A DNA stretch of 63,974 bases from Microbacterium sp. (GTDB lineage Bacteria; Actinomycetota; Actinomycetes; Actinomycetales; Microbacteriaceae). Under the pieces are notes generated by a model. The model searched no databases. It worked only from the letters and a program-made list of their open reading frames with translations, and was not told the DNA's origin. Below are positions 29,111-39,865 of this stretch, piece by piece (positions within the stretch are counted from its first letter, which is position 1; every line of letters begins with the position of its first letter). Position numbers and translations under genes: made by a program. The DNA is taken from contig NZ_JAJUFV010000001.1 in the NCBI RefSeq assembly GCF_029263575.1, forward strand, positions 1-63,974, written 5' to 3'.

Positions 29111-31867
29111 GTGGCTGCCAAACCACGCGTACATGAGATTGCCGCTGAACTCGGCGTCGACAGCAAGTTCGCACTTGCCAAGCTGAAGGAGATTGGCGAG
29201 TTCGTCAAGAGTCCTTCGTCGACTGTCGAGCCGCCTGTGGCACGCAAACTTCGCGCTGCCATCGAGGCCGACGCGGATGCGAAACCCAAGGCAGAGGAGA
29301 AGCCTGCTGCCGCCAAGGGCGCAGCGACTGCCAAGCCCGCAGCGGCTAAGCCCGGTGCTGCGAAGTCCGGTGCTGCGAAGCCCGGGCCCAAGGCTCCGAC
29401 CCCTGGCCCTAAGCCAGGACCGAAGCCTGCCCCCGAAGCGAAACCGGCCGCCGAGGCGCCGACCCCGGAGGCACCGGCGAAAGATGCACCGGCGCCAGCG
29501 GCTGAGACCGCATCTCAGGCTTCGCCCGACAAGGGTGCTCCGAAGCCTGGTGCGCCGCGTCCGGGGAACAACCCCTTCTCCACTTCGCAGGGCATGGGCC
29601 AGCGTCCGTCCGGCCCTCGCCCAGGAAATAACCCCTTCGCTTCCTCGCAGGGCATGGGCCAGCGCCCGACGCCGGGCAACATCCCCCGTCCGCAGGCTCC
29701 GCGCCCCGGTGCGCCGCGTCCCGGTGCACCGCGACCTGGCTCTCCTCGTCCGGGCGGCGCCCGCGGCGGACAGGGCGGTCGTCCCGGCGGCGCTCCGTTC
29801 CAGCAGCGCTCCGGCGGTCCCGGTCGTCCCGGTGGCGGTGGCCCTGGTGGCGCTCCGGGTCGCGGCGGCTTCGCCGGTCGTCCCGGTGGTGGCGGTCGCG
29901 GCCGTGGCCCCGGTGGTGGTACCGCGGGTGCCTTCGGCAAGGGCGGTGGCAAGTCCAAGCAGCGTAAGTCGCGTAGGGCGAAACGGCAAGAATTCGAGAT
30001 GCGGTCGGCACCCGTTGTCGGCGGCATCAACGTCACCCGCGGCAACGGTGAGACCATCCGCATGCGCCGCGGCGCATCCATCGCCGACTTCGCAGACAAG
30101 ATCGAGGCGCTGACCGGCTACACGGTTCAGCCCAGCACCCTGGTGACGATTCTGTTCAACCTCGGCGAGATGGCCACAGCCACCGAGTCGCTGGACGAAG
30201 CGACGTTCGAGGTGCTCGGTGAAGAGCTCGGCTACAAGATCCAGATGGTCTCGCCCGAGGACGAGGACAAAGAGCTCCTTGAAGGGTTCGGTCTCGATCT
30301 CGATAAAGAGCTCGAAGCCGAAAGCGATGAGGATCTCGAGATCCGTCCTCCGGTGGTCACGGTGATGGGCCACGTCGATCACGGTAAGACGCGACTGCTC
30401 GACGCGATCCGCAAGACCAACGTCATTGAGGGAGAAGCCGGCGGCATCACCCAGCACATCGGTGCGTACCAGGTCTGGACCGAGCACGAGGACGTCGAGC
30501 GTGCGGTCACCTTCATCGACACCCCGGGTCACGAGGCATTCACCGCCATGCGTGCGCGTGGTGCCCAGGTCACTGACCTCGCGATCCTCGTGGTCGCGGC
30601 CGATGACGGGATCATGCCGCAGACGGTCGAGGCGCTGAACCACGCACAGGCTGCCGAGGTTCCGATCGTCGTCGCCGTGAACAAGGTGGACAAGCCCGAG
30701 GCGAACCCGGCCAAGGTGCGTCTGCAGCTGACCGAATACGGCCTGGTCGCCGAAGAGTTCGGTGGCGATGTCATGTTCGTGGACGTTTCGGCGCGCAAGG
30801 GCACCGGAATCCAGGAGCTCCTCGACGCTGTGCTCCTGGTCGCCGACGCGGGTCTTGACCTGACGGCGAACCCGAACAAGGCCGCGCGCGGTGTCGCCAT
30901 CGAAGCGAAGCTCGACAAGGGCCGTGGTTCGATCGCGACCGTGCTCATCCAGTCGGGAACGCTTCGCGTGGGTGACTCGATCGTGGCAGGCACCGCCTAC
31001 GGCCGCGTGCGCGCCATGCTCGACGAGAATGGCGTGGCGGTCGAAGCGGCCGCCCCCTCGCGTCCGGTGCAGGTGCAGGGGCTGAACTCCGTACCGCGCG
31101 CCGGCGATGTGTTCATCGTCACCGAAGAAGACCGCATGGCTCGCCAGATCGCTGAGAAGCGTGAAGCTGTCGAGCGCAACGCGCTGCTGGCCAAGGCCCG
31201 CAAGCGCATCTCGCTGGAAGACTTCACCCGTGCGCTCGAAGAGGGCAAGGTCGAGACGCTCAACCTCATCATCAAGGGTGACGTGTCTGGTGCCGTGGAG
31301 GCGCTGGAAGAGTCGCTCATGAAGATCGAGGTCGACGAGTCGGTGCAGCTGCGTATCATCCACCGCGGTGTCGGTGCGATCACCGAGTCGGACGTCAACC
31401 TGGCCACGATCGATGACGCGATCATCGTCGGGTTCAACGTTCGTCCCGATCCCAAGGCACGCGAAGCTGCGGCACGCGAAGGCGTCGACGTTCGCTTCTA
31501 CTCGGTCATCTACTCCGCGATCGACGAGATCGAGGGCTCCCTCAAGGGCATGCTCAAGCCGGAGTTCGAAGAAGTGCAGTCGGGCGTCGCCGAGATCCGC
31601 GAGGTGTTCCGCTCCTCGAAGTTCGGCAACATCGCCGGTGTCATCGTGCGCTCGGGAACCATCACCCGCAACGCGAAGGCTCGCATCATCCGCGATGGCG
31701 TCGTGCTGGCCGATGGCCTGGCCATTGAGTCGCTGCGCCGCTTCAAGGACGACGTCACCGAGGTCCGCACGGACTTCGAAGCTGGTATCGGACTCGGCAA
31801 GTTCAACGACATCCAGGTCGGCGACGAGATCGAGACGACGGAGATGGTGGAGAAGCCTCGCGGCTGA
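29111..31867 (+). CDS. infB: Translation initiation factor IF-2
   Basis: RVHEIA N-domain, Pro/Gly-rich linker, [50 protein letters not shown]. Confidence 0.99.
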   Translation: MAAKPRVHEIAAELGVDSKFALAKLKEIGEFVKSPSSTVEPPVARKLRAAIEADADAKPKAEEKPAAAKGAATAKPAAAKPGAAKSGAAKPGPKAPTPGPKPGPKPAPEAKPAAEAPTPEAPAKDAPAPAAETASQASPDKGAPKPGAPRPGNNPFSTSQGMGQRPSGPRPGNNPFASSQGMGQRPTPGNIPRPQAPRPGAPRPGAPRPGSPRPGGARGGQGGRPGGAPFQQRSGGPGRPGGGGPGGAPGRGGFAGRPGGGGRGRGPGGGTAGAFGKGGGKSKQRKSRRAKRQEFEMRSAPVVGGINVTRGNGETIRMRRGASIADFADKIEALTGYTVQPSTLVTILFNLGEMATATESLDEATFEVLGEELGYKIQMVSPEDEDKELLEGFGLDLDKELEAESDEDLEIRPPVVTVMGHVDHGKTRLLDAIRKTNVIEGEAGGITQHIGAYQVWTEHEDVERAVTFIDTPGHEAFTAMRARGAQVTDLAILVVAADDGIMPQTVEALNHAQAAEVPIVVAVNKVDKPEANPAKVRLQLTEYGLVAEEFGGDVMFVDVSARKGTGIQELLDAVLLVADAGLDLTANPNKAARGVAIEAKLDKGRGSIATVLIQSGTLRVGDSIVAGTAYGRVRAMLDENGVAVEAAAPSRPVQVQGLNSVPRAGDVFIVTEEDRMARQIAEKREAVERNALLAKARKRISLEDFTRALEEGKVETLNLIIKGDVSGAVEALEESLMKIEVDESVQLRIIHRGVGAITESDVNLATIDDAIIVGFNVRPDPKAREAAAREGVDVRFYSVIYSAIDEIEGSLKGMLKPEFEEVQSGVAEIREVFRSSKFGNIAGVIVRSGTITRNAKARIIRDGVVLADGLAIESLRRFKDDVTEVRTDFEAGIGLGKFNDIQVGDEIETTEMVEKPRG

Positions 31868-31875
31868 CCGTCCCC

Positions 31876-31971
31876 GTGAGGAGATGGATGCCTCGTCCTT
31901 CGCAGAGCGGGGACCCCGCCTCGCTTCGCGAGGCACCCCGATGCTCAGGACCGAGGCATCCATCTCCTCAC
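31876..31971. repeat. 96-nt palindromic (REP/MITE-like) element between infB and rbfA
   Basis: 20-bp perfect arms GTGAGGAGATGGATGCCTCG (31876-31895) / CGAGGCATCCATCTCCTCAC (31952-31971); inner hairpin GCCTCGC-TTC-GCGAGGC. Confidence 0.75.
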
Positions 31972-32005
31972 TCGGCTCACCGCGAGTTGAACAGGAGTAG
32001 AAGAA

Positions 32006-32452
32006 ATGGCTGGAGAACGACAGGCGCGCCTTGCGGACCGCATCCGCGTCATCCTGGCTGAGCGCCTGGAGAAGGGCCTGCGCGATCCGCGCCTGGGCTT
32101 CGTCACCATCACTGATGTGCGCGTATCCGGCGACCTGCAGCATGCCTCGGTGTTCTACACGGTGCTGGGAACAGACGACGAGCGTGCCTCCAGCGGCGCT
32201 GCGCTGGCCTCAGCGACCGGCATGCTGCGTAGCGAAGTCGGTCGTCAGCTCAGTACGCGCCTGGTGCCGACGCTTGAGTTCATCGCAGACGCCCTCCCCG
32301 AGAACGCAGACAACATCACGGCGCTGCTGAACGAGGCGCGCCAACGTGACGCCGAGGTCGCAAAGCTTGCGTCGTCGGCTACCCACGCCGGTGACGCCGA
32401 CCCCTATCTGCGCGCAGATGACGCAGATGACCCAGATGACGTCACACAGTAG
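32006..32452 (+). CDS. rbfA: 30S ribosome-binding factor A
   Basis: DPRLGFVTITDVRVSGDLQHA.V, A.GMLRSEVG, PTLEF; follows infB; AGGAG SD. Confidence 0.97.
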   Translation: MAGERQARLADRIRVILAERLEKGLRDPRLGFVTITDVRVSGDLQHASVFYTVLGTDDERASSGAALASATGMLRSEVGRQLSTRLVPTLEFIADALPENADNITALLNEARQRDAEVAKLASSATHAGDADPYLRADDADDPDDVTQ

Positions 32453-32536
32453 ATCGGTGAGCCTCCGCTTGCTACTGTGATCCCCGTCGCCAACACGGCG
32501 TGGGTGTAGCGCGTCCTCAGGGGGAATTCGAAGATC

Positions 32537-34747
32537 GTGACAACAGCGTGGCTGAACGCTGTCTCGGTGCGCCCTCGAATCTCCGACGCGCATGGGATCG
32601 TCACGGAGCTCACCGCCGCTCTGCTTGAGCAGAGAATCGAGACCGCACCGCACGTCGTGGCACAGCTGGCGAAGCGACTGAACAACGACACGCGAACGGT
32701 GTGCGAGGTGGCTGCCGCTTTGACACCGTCGCAGCGGCGGGGGCACAGCGCACTACCGCGAGTTCTGCCCGCTACACGCGCAATGGCCGGGCTCTTCGAG
32801 CCGCTTGAGCTCAGCGATGATGAGCGCCGTCTGCTCGTGATCGCCGCGCTGTGCAGTGTCGATGACGTGGAGGTTCTCGCGCAGGCAGCCGAGATCACCG
32901 TCGAAACCCTCGCGATGGGTGCGAACGGCGTGCACCTGAAGATCTCTCGCGGCCGATTCGCCTTCGTCGATCCGCGTCTGGGCGAATGGATGCTTCGAAC
33001 GGCGCACGTCGAGGAGTCGGCCCGGGCCCATGACCGACTCAGCCGGGCTCACCTCGCACGGGATGAACCGGTGCTCGCTGACTGGCACCGTGCCCGCGGG
33101 GCGCAGCTGCGCATTCCGGCGGTTGTCCCGACACTTCTCACCGAAGCTCGTAGCCTCGTGAACCGCGGACATCCGCTGTGGGGGTGCCGTGTTGCGGCCG
33201 AGGCGGCCGAGCACTCCGGCGCTGGGGAAGGGGAACAGGCCTATCTCATCGCGGGGGCGTCGTCGGTTGGAGCCGGCTATGTGAACGACGGCGTGGAATG
33301 GTTGCGTGCGCTCTTTCCGCGTGGGCGGCGAGAGTCGCGCGCGCAGGCACTGGCGAACGTGTTCATCGCCGAGACGTGCCTGCACGGCACGGTGCCGGTG
33401 ATCGATCCGGCCGAGCATCGGCCACGCGGCGAGGATGTCGCGCACTGGCGCCGCTGGGGGCGCGCGGCAGGTGTCGCCGCGGCCCTGTGCGCCGAGCGTG
33501 CGGCGCACTCGGCCATGCGTCTCTGGCTGGCAGAACTGCGCGAAGCGGATGCGCGAACCGGGGCGAACGGCACACTTCGCGATCCCGTTGTCACGCTGTG
33601 CTGGATGCTCACAGGAGAGACCTCTCTCGCGGCCCCGTGCGGCACCGGGCCGTTCTCCGGTGGTGTCATCGCCGCACTGCGCCACGCGCTGGACGGCGAT
33701 ATCGATGAGGGGCTGCGCATTATCGCCCGGGCTCGGGCGGGTCTGGTCAGCGAGCCGGATCCGCTCCTCGTCGGGCTGGAGAACAGCCCGCTCGTGGAGG
33801 CGTACCTGGTCGTCACCGAAGCATTGCTGTACTTCTGGCACGGTGACATCACGACCGCGAGATCCGCGCTCGCAGCCGCCCTGGTGACTCTCCCCGTCGG
33901 ACTGCCCTTCGCCGGTATGGGGTCGACACTCGCGCATCGCCTCGATATCGCCGTTGATGGGGCCCCCGGCGTGTTGGCGCGCGCGGTAGCGGCGACATTG
34001 CCACGAGGCATCCGCGTCGATCGGCTCGTCGACCACGGGCTGGTGGCATATCTGGCGGGACGCAACAGCAAAGCGGCGCGCATGCTGACGCTGTGGCGCG
34101 ATCGGGGAGCGCCCGAGCATCCGCTTGCCGTACCCGGCTTTGACGAGATCGGGCCGCTTGACGAGCGCGCGAACGTCGAACCTCCGGAGCAGACCACAGC
34201 GCGTGCGCTGCGCCATCGCATTCGGCAGCTTCCCGATGCGGCGTGGCAGCGCGAGCACGCCGCCATCGCACGCGCCGGTCGAGCACTGCGATCGCCATTC
34301 GAACGGGCGCGTGTCGAGGCCATGCTGGGTTCGGTGAGCGTCATCCGCGGCGAGCGCGCCGCCGGGCGTCGCCATCTCGACATAGCGCAGAGCCTGTTCG
34401 AAGACGCCGGCGCCGAGGCGTGGGCGGCAGCTGTCGCCGAGCGTCTGCGACGCGTCGACGTCCGCGAGGCCGCCGAGACCGGGGCCGTGGTTGTCACGCA
34501 GGAGCCGGCTACGACGCCTGACCCGCATCACGCCAGTCGCAGCGCCTGGGCGCCGCTGCTCACCGCTCGTGAACTCGATGTGGCGATGCGGGTCGTCGAG
34601 GGGCTTCCCAATCGAGAGATAGCGGAGCTGTTGGGAATCACGGTGCGCACGATCGAGGTGCACACCGGACGCATCTTCGCCAAGCTCGGGGTTCGCAACC
34701 GGGTTCAACTGACAGTGCTCGCGCATCGCACGGCGCGACATCTCTGA
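32537..34747 (+). CDS. Large LuxR-HTH transcriptional regulator (LAL/MalT-like body, no recognisable ATPase domain)
   Basis: C-terminal LTARELDVA...GLPNREIAELLGITVRTIEVH..RIFAKLGVRNR.QL; RFAFVDPR, RAHDRL, WHRA segments; no Walker A. Start uncertain. Confidence 0.8.
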   Translation: MTTAWLNAVSVRPRISDAHGIVTELTAALLEQRIETAPHVVAQLAKRLNNDTRTVCEVAAALTPSQRRGHSALPRVLPATRAMAGLFEPLELSDDERRLLVIAALCSVDDVEVLAQAAEITVETLAMGANGVHLKISRGRFAFVDPRLGEWMLRTAHVEESARAHDRLSRAHLARDEPVLADWHRARGAQLRIPAVVPTLLTEARSLVNRGHPLWGCRVAAEAAEHSGAGEGEQAYLIAGASSVGAGYVNDGVEWLRALFPRGRRESRAQALANVFIAETCLHGTVPVIDPAEHRPRGEDVAHWRRWGRAAGVAAALCAERAAHSAMRLWLAELREADARTGANGTLRDPVVTLCWMLTGETSLAAPCGTGPFSGGVIAALRHALDGDIDEGLRIIARARAGLVSEPDPLLVGLENSPLVEAYLVVTEALLYFWHGDITTARSALAAALVTLPVGLPFAGMGSTLAHRLDIAVDGAPGVLARAVAATLPRGIRVDRLVDHGLVAYLAGRNSKAARMLTLWRDRGAPEHPLAVPGFDEIGPLDERANVEPPEQTTARALRHRIRQLPDAAWQREHAAIARAGRALRSPFERARVEAMLGSVSVIRGERAAGRRHLDIAQSLFEDAGAEAWAAAVAERLRRVDVREAAETGAVVVTQEPATTPDPHHASRSAWAPLLTARELDVAMRVVEGLPNREIAELLGITVRTIEVHTGRIFAKLGVRNRVQLTVLAHRTARHL

Positions 34748-34830
34748 TCCCGGACCCGGCCAGGAGGGACTCGCCGAGGGCTCTCGTGCCGGAATGTAAA
34801 CCTTGCTAACATAATGCCGCGGTCGATCCA

Positions 34831-37038
34831 ATGAGCGGAGGCAGCATGGCAGCGACATTCGCCGTACCAATGGAGGTGCGTCGGGCTTCGGTGCCTCCGG
34901 TACGCCGCAGCAGGTCCCTGTCGATGCCGAGCAAAGCGCAGACGCTGTGGATGTCGCCGGACGTCGCGCACACAGTGTCGGAAGCCTGTGCAGGGGATGA
35001 GCGGACGATCGCTGAGATCGCCGCGCGCTTGTCATCACAACAGCGTCACGGCTTACGGGCGCTGCCTGATCCGCTTCCGCTGGTTCCCTCGATCGCTGCC
35101 CTGGGAAGCTCACTCGCTCTGAGCGAGTGGGAGCGGGACGCCCTGCTGCTCGCGGCGATCTGCATCGACGATCGCATTGATGTGCTGTTGGAGGCCACGG
35201 GCAGAAGCATGAGTGAGGTGCTCGGTGGTTCGCTGTCGACGCAGCTCGCACTCGTGGCCAGCCGGTTCTCATTCGCAGATGCGCGTGTGCGCATCTGGGT
35301 GCACGAGGGGGCATCGCTCAGCGAGCGGACACGCGCGCACGAGCGCCTTGCCGTCGTGTACGCACGAATCGGCGACGCCGAACGCTCGCTGTGGCATCGT
35401 GCGTTGAGTGCGGTGCAAGGCGATGCGTCGTTGACGGGGTCGCTGCTGTGCCTGTCAGCGGATGCGACACGTCGTGCGCAGGTGACGTTGGCGTATGCGG
35501 CTGCCCGCGAGGCGGCCAGCCATGCTGATGCACGCGATCTCGATCGCGCCCGAGTCGTCGCCGGCAGCTGTGCCCTGGCCGGCGGCTGGCTCGACGACGC
35601 GCTCGACTGGCTGGGGTCGGTGATCGATGGCGACGATCCTCAGTCGGTGTCGGATGCGTTGCCGGGGTTCGTCGTGGCGGCTACGGTGCGAAACGGCGCC
35701 GTGCCGACGGCGGATCTGCGCCAACAGCGGCCGACGGCGGCAGAGGATCCCCGATGGCTCGGCTATGCCCGCGCGGCGCTGTTGGCAGCGGCGTTCAGTG
35801 CCGAACGGGCGCTACCGGTTGAAAATCGAACGTGGTTCGCCGAGGCTCAGGAAGCGGCTACGCACGTGGACCGCCCCATTCGGCTGACAGCCGTGGCAAC
35901 AGCGTGGAGTGGGCTGTTCATCGATTCGCGAGACGAGGGCGAGAGCGCGCAGTGGCCGCTGTGCGCGGCGCTGCGACAGGGGCTCGACGGCGATTCGGCC
36001 GCCGGGCTGCGTCTGCTGGCGAGCAGCGAGCGCCTGTCGAGATGTGCAGACGAGGGACCTATTGCGGGCGGTGAACGCAGTCGGTTCGTCCGCGCACACC
36101 GGGCGGTGGCCGAGGCTTTGCTGCGTATGTGGGATGGTGACCTGCATGCGTCGCTGCGCGGACTCGAGCACACGGCACGCGAGCTTCCCGTCGGCCTGCC
36201 CTTCGGCGGGATCGCCGTCTCTCTGGCGCGGCGCCTGGAAATGGCCATCGACGGACGCCCGGGTCCCCTCTCGATGGCTCTGGATGCGGCACGCCCCGTC
36301 AGCTCACCCGGCGACAGACTCGTTGACCGCGGAATCGACGCGTACCTGACCGGCGACTCGGAGCAGGCCGCCGTCCACGTGCGGCTGTGGGCAGAGCGCG
36401 GCGGGCCGGGGCCGGTGTTCGCCCTGCCGGGGCTTGACGAAGTCGGCCCCATCGACGGCCCCGATGCGTCGATCGCGCCGCCCGATGCCGTGCGCTCGCG
36501 CGCGCTGTTGTACCGCATCCGCGCTGCGCGCGAGAGCGCGTGGGAGAACGACTACCAAGACGTCGCTGACTCGAGCAGGCAGATCGTCTCGCCTTTCGAG
36601 CGAGCCCGGGTCGAGGCGCTTCTCGGCACGGCTTTCGCAACCCGCGGAGACCGTGCGGTCGGGGTCCGGCACTTGCGGACGGCGCGCACACTCTTCGCCG
36701 ACGCAGGCGCGACGGCCTGGGCTCGTTCGGTCGAAGCACGTATCGCGAAGCTCGGCGCGGGATCCGAGAGATCGTCGTTGCCGACGACGACTCCGATTCC
36801 GGTGCCGGATGATCCGCTCTGGGTGTGCCGGATGGCGTGGGAACCCCTGCTCACCGTCCGCGAGCTCGCGGTCGCGATGCTTGTGGCGGACGGGCGTACC
36901 AATCGTGAGGTCGCAGAGCGTCTGTTCGTGTCGGTTCGCACGGTCGAAGTGCACATCGGACGGATGTTCACGAAGCTCGATGTGCGCAGCAGGGGCGAGC
37001 TCATCGCCCTCGCGCACCGGACGAATCAGCTCATCTGA
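34831..37038 (+). CDS. Second large LuxR-HTH regulator, paralog of 32537-34747
   Basis: LTVRELAVA.LVADGRTNREVAERLFVSVRTVEVH..RMFTKLDVRSR; shares LPVGLPF.G, PG.DE.GP, SPFERARVEA.LG with the neighbour. Start uncertain. Confidence 0.8.
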   Translation: MSGGSMAATFAVPMEVRRASVPPVRRSRSLSMPSKAQTLWMSPDVAHTVSEACAGDERTIAEIAARLSSQQRHGLRALPDPLPLVPSIAALGSSLALSEWERDALLLAAICIDDRIDVLLEATGRSMSEVLGGSLSTQLALVASRFSFADARVRIWVHEGASLSERTRAHERLAVVYARIGDAERSLWHRALSAVQGDASLTGSLLCLSADATRRAQVTLAYAAAREAASHADARDLDRARVVAGSCALAGGWLDDALDWLGSVIDGDDPQSVSDALPGFVVAATVRNGAVPTADLRQQRPTAAEDPRWLGYARAALLAAAFSAERALPVENRTWFAEAQEAATHVDRPIRLTAVATAWSGLFIDSRDEGESAQWPLCAALRQGLDGDSAAGLRLLASSERLSRCADEGPIAGGERSRFVRAHRAVAEALLRMWDGDLHASLRGLEHTARELPVGLPFGGIAVSLARRLEMAIDGRPGPLSMALDAARPVSSPGDRLVDRGIDAYLTGDSEQAAVHVRLWAERGGPGPVFALPGLDEVGPIDGPDASIAPPDAVRSRALLYRIRAARESAWENDYQDVADSSRQIVSPFERARVEALLGTAFATRGDRAVGVRHLRTARTLFADAGATAWARSVEARIAKLGAGSERSSLPTTTPIPVPDDPLWVCRMAWEPLLTVRELAVAMLVADGRTNREVAERLFVSVRTVEVHIGRMFTKLDVRSRGELIALAHRTNQLI

Positions 37039-37161
37039 CCGGTCGGCGAACGCGGCGGGCGCAGGTATGTGGAAAGCACGGATGCTCCGCTCGGCCGGTT
37101 TCAATAGCGTCAGCAGTGCTGCGATGTCGCAGTGTGCACTGTTCGAGTAAGCACGGAGGCA

Positions 37162-39762
37162 ATGATGTCTTTTCGACGATCGACAGTAGGGATGCGCGTC
37201 GCAGCGGTGGGCGTCAGCGCGCTCGTGGTGGCGGCGCTGATGAGCGTGACGCCGCCGGCCGTTGCTGCAGAGGAATGTGCTGCGTCATGGGAAGTCGACG
37301 CGGTGTACACCGGCGGCGATCTGGCATCCCACGACGGTGAGAACGTGCGCGCGAAGTGGTGGACGACAGGGGAGGAGCCGGGCTCGTCGGCATGGGGACC
37401 GTGGGAGTCCCTGGGGGCCTGTGACGACGGCTCGGCCCCCGACCCCGATCCTGAGCCCGACCCGGAGCCTGACCCGACGCCGGAGCCTGACCCGACGCCG
37501 GAGCCTGACCCGACGCCGGAGCCTGATCCGGGAACGGGTGAGACGTGGACAGACAACCCCGATGAGATCTGCCGCCCCGACGGCCTGTACCAGACGCCGG
37601 GCGTGGACGTGCCCTACTGCACCGTCTACGACGACGATGGCAGAGAGATGCTGCCCAACGGCCTGGAGCACCGGGTGATCGGTTACTTCACGAGCTGGCG
37701 CACAGGTGTCAACTCTCAGCCGACGTACCTCGCTGACGACATCCCCTGGAACCAGGTGAGCCACCTCAACTACGCGTTCGGGCACATCGACGCCAATGGC
37801 GAGCTTTCGGTAAATCAGGATGTCGAAGACAACCCGGCCACCGATATGACGTGGCCGGATGACCCGGGCGCAGTCATGGACCCGCAACTGCCCTACACAG
37901 GGCACCTGAACATGCTCAACTCGTTCAAGCAGGACCATGAGGGTGTCAAGACGCTCATCTCGGTCGGCGGTTGGGCTGAGACGGGCGGCCACTTTGACGG
38001 CGACGGCAACCGTGTCGCCGATGGCGGCTTCTACACGCTCACGGATTCTCAGGCGAAGATCGATGCCTTCGCGGAATCGGCGGTGGAGTTCATCCGCACG
38101 TACGGTTTCGACGGCGTCGACATCGACTACGAGTACGCGAACAGCAACGCCAAGGCGGGAAGCCCCGATGACTATGCGTTCTCCGACCCGCGTCGTGCGA
38201 CGCTGTGGAGCGGGTACGAAGCGCTCATGAAGAGCCTGCGCGAACACCTCGACCGTGCCGGAGCCGAGGACGGCCAGCACTATATGCTCACGGTCGCGGC
38301 GCCGGCATCCGGATGGCTGCTGCGCGGGGCCGAGGTCTACCAGGTCGCGCAATACCTCGACTACGTGAACATCATGAGCTACGATCTGCACGGCTCGTGG
38401 AACTCCTACGTCGGCGGCAACGGTGCTCTCTTCGACGACGGCCAGGACCCTGAGCTCGTCGCGGGCGGGGTGTACAACGCCTATGACGACATCGGCTATC
38501 TCAACGCCGATTGGGCGTACCACTACTTCCGCGGGGCCATGCCCGCCGGACGCATCAATCTCGGCGTGCCGTTCTATACGCGCGGGTGGGAGGGGGTGCA
38601 GGGCGGCACGAACGGTCTGTACGGCTCTGCGCCGATGGCCGATCAATCGCAGTGCCCGCCCGGCACGGGACCATCGTTGGGTGGTAACTCCACGTGCGGC
38701 GCCGGAGCGCGGGGAATCGACAACCTCTGGCACGATCTCGACAAGACCGGTGCTGAAGTGGGCGCTGGCGCCAATCCCATCTGGCACGTGCTGAACCTTC
38801 AGAACGGAATCGTCGGCGACTACACCGCGTCATATGGCGCTCCGACCACGATCACCGGAACCTACGAGCATCACTTCGATGCGACGACGAAGGTCGAGTG
38901 GTGGTGGAACCCCACGACGCGTACCTTCCTGTCGGGCGACTCGGATCAGGCCATCACAGCCAAAGCTGACTACGTGGCGGATGAGGGCATCGGCGGCGTG
39001 ATGATCTGGGAGCTCGCGGGCGACTACGCCTATGACGAGCAGAAGCAGCAGTACGGCATGGGATCGACGCTTGTCACCCTGCTGCACGACAGGCTGTCGC
39101 AGTCGACGCCCTATGGTGCGACCAAGGCAGACCAGCCGATGCCGAGCCAGATGATCGATCTGCAGGTGAATTTCAGTGAGTTCGCGCTAGGCGACAACAA
39201 CTACCCGATCACGCCGAAGATCACGTTCACCAACGGTTCGGAGGCTGACATCCCTGCCGGGTCAACGATCACCTTCGACACCGCCACCAGCGATACCGGC
39301 GAGATGGGAGAACAGAACGGCTGGGGCATCGCCTGGGTCGACTCCGATCACACCGGTGACAACATCGGCGGACTCGATGGCGATTTCCACACCTACCAGC
39401 TGACGGTTCCCAGCGGCGGCATCCCCGCAGGAGGCAGCGCATGGACGACGCTGTCGTGGAGCCTGCCGATGGCGTCGATCTCGAATTTGCGCATCGAGAT
39501 CGACGGTCAGGAGTACGCCGCCGTATACGACCTTGCGCGCGGAATGACCCTGGTGACGCCCGGCGGAGGTGCCGACGGCGGAACCGGTGGTGACGACGGC
39601 GGAACCGGTGATGAATGCACAGCCGCGACGTGGGACCCGGCCGAGGTTTATACCGGTGGCGACACGGTGTCGCACAACGGACGTGCCTATGTGGCGAAGT
39701 GGTGGACGCAGGGGGAAGCTCCCGGAAGTGGGTCGGTCTGGGGCGACGGGACGGCATGTTGA
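37162..39762 (+). CDS. Secreted GH18 chitinase: CBM5/12 - PEPD linker - GH18 - ChiC-type C-terminal domain - CBM5/12
   Basis: Signal peptide; AKWWT chitin-binding modules at both ends; HLNYAF, SVGGW, FDGVDIDYEY (DxDxE), MSYDLHG, MIWEL; GGAGG before ATG37162. Confidence 0.95.
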   Translation: MMSFRRSTVGMRVAAVGVSALVVAALMSVTPPAVAAEECAASWEVDAVYTGGDLASHDGENVRAKWWTTGEEPGSSAWGPWESLGACDDGSAPDPDPEPDPEPDPTPEPDPTPEPDPTPEPDPGTGETWTDNPDEICRPDGLYQTPGVDVPYCTVYDDDGREMLPNGLEHRVIGYFTSWRTGVNSQPTYLADDIPWNQVSHLNYAFGHIDANGELSVNQDVEDNPATDMTWPDDPGAVMDPQLPYTGHLNMLNSFKQDHEGVKTLISVGGWAETGGHFDGDGNRVADGGFYTLTDSQAKIDAFAESAVEFIRTYGFDGVDIDYEYANSNAKAGSPDDYAFSDPRRATLWSGYEALMKSLREHLDRAGAEDGQHYMLTVAAPASGWLLRGAEVYQVAQYLDYVNIMSYDLHGSWNSYVGGNGALFDDGQDPELVAGGVYNAYDDIGYLNADWAYHYFRGAMPAGRINLGVPFYTRGWEGVQGGTNGLYGSAPMADQSQCPPGTGPSLGGNSTCGAGARGIDNLWHDLDKTGAEVGAGANPIWHVLNLQNGIVGDYTASYGAPTTITGTYEHHFDATTKVEWWWNPTTRTFLSGDSDQAITAKADYVADEGIGGVMIWELAGDYAYDEQKQQYGMGSTLVTLLHDRLSQSTPYGATKADQPMPSQMIDLQVNFSEFALGDNNYPITPKITFTNGSEADIPAGSTITFDTATSDTGEMGEQNGWGIAWVDSDHTGDNIGGLDGDFHTYQLTVPSGGIPAGGSAWTTLSWSLPMASISNLRIEIDGQEYAAVYDLARGMTLVTPGGGADGGTGGDDGGTGDECTAATWDPAEVYTGGDTVSHNGRAYVAKWWTQGEAPGSGSVWGDGTAC
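37462..37526 (+). repeat. 18-nt coding tandem repeat (CCGGAGCCTGACCCGACG) x3.6, PEPDPT linker
   Basis: Read directly. Confidence 0.9.
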
Positions 39763-39865
39763 CGAGGGGCGTGGCGCCGAGCGCCCCGACCGAAGACATC
39801 TTCTCGACGAATCGATCGGGAAGAGGACAGGCGGCGACTGCGGTCGCCGCCGGAGAAGAGGAAAA

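Noticed and set aside
29270-29960. Low-complexity Pro/Gly/Ala repeats in infB
   Set aside because: Normal feature of the actinobacterial IF-2 N-terminal region.
29021-32143. 1040-aa minus-strand ORF
   Set aside because: Antisense shadow of infB/rbfA caused by high-GC codon bias; no recognisable motifs.
34795-34815. AT-rich TGTAAACCTTGCTAACATAAT as a LacI-type operator
   Set aside because: Symmetry is weak; more simply a promoter (-10 CATAAT) for the second regulator.
32753-35314. 853-aa minus-strand ORF
   Set aside because: Antisense to the LuxR regulators; Arg/Ala/Pro-rich with no domain signature.
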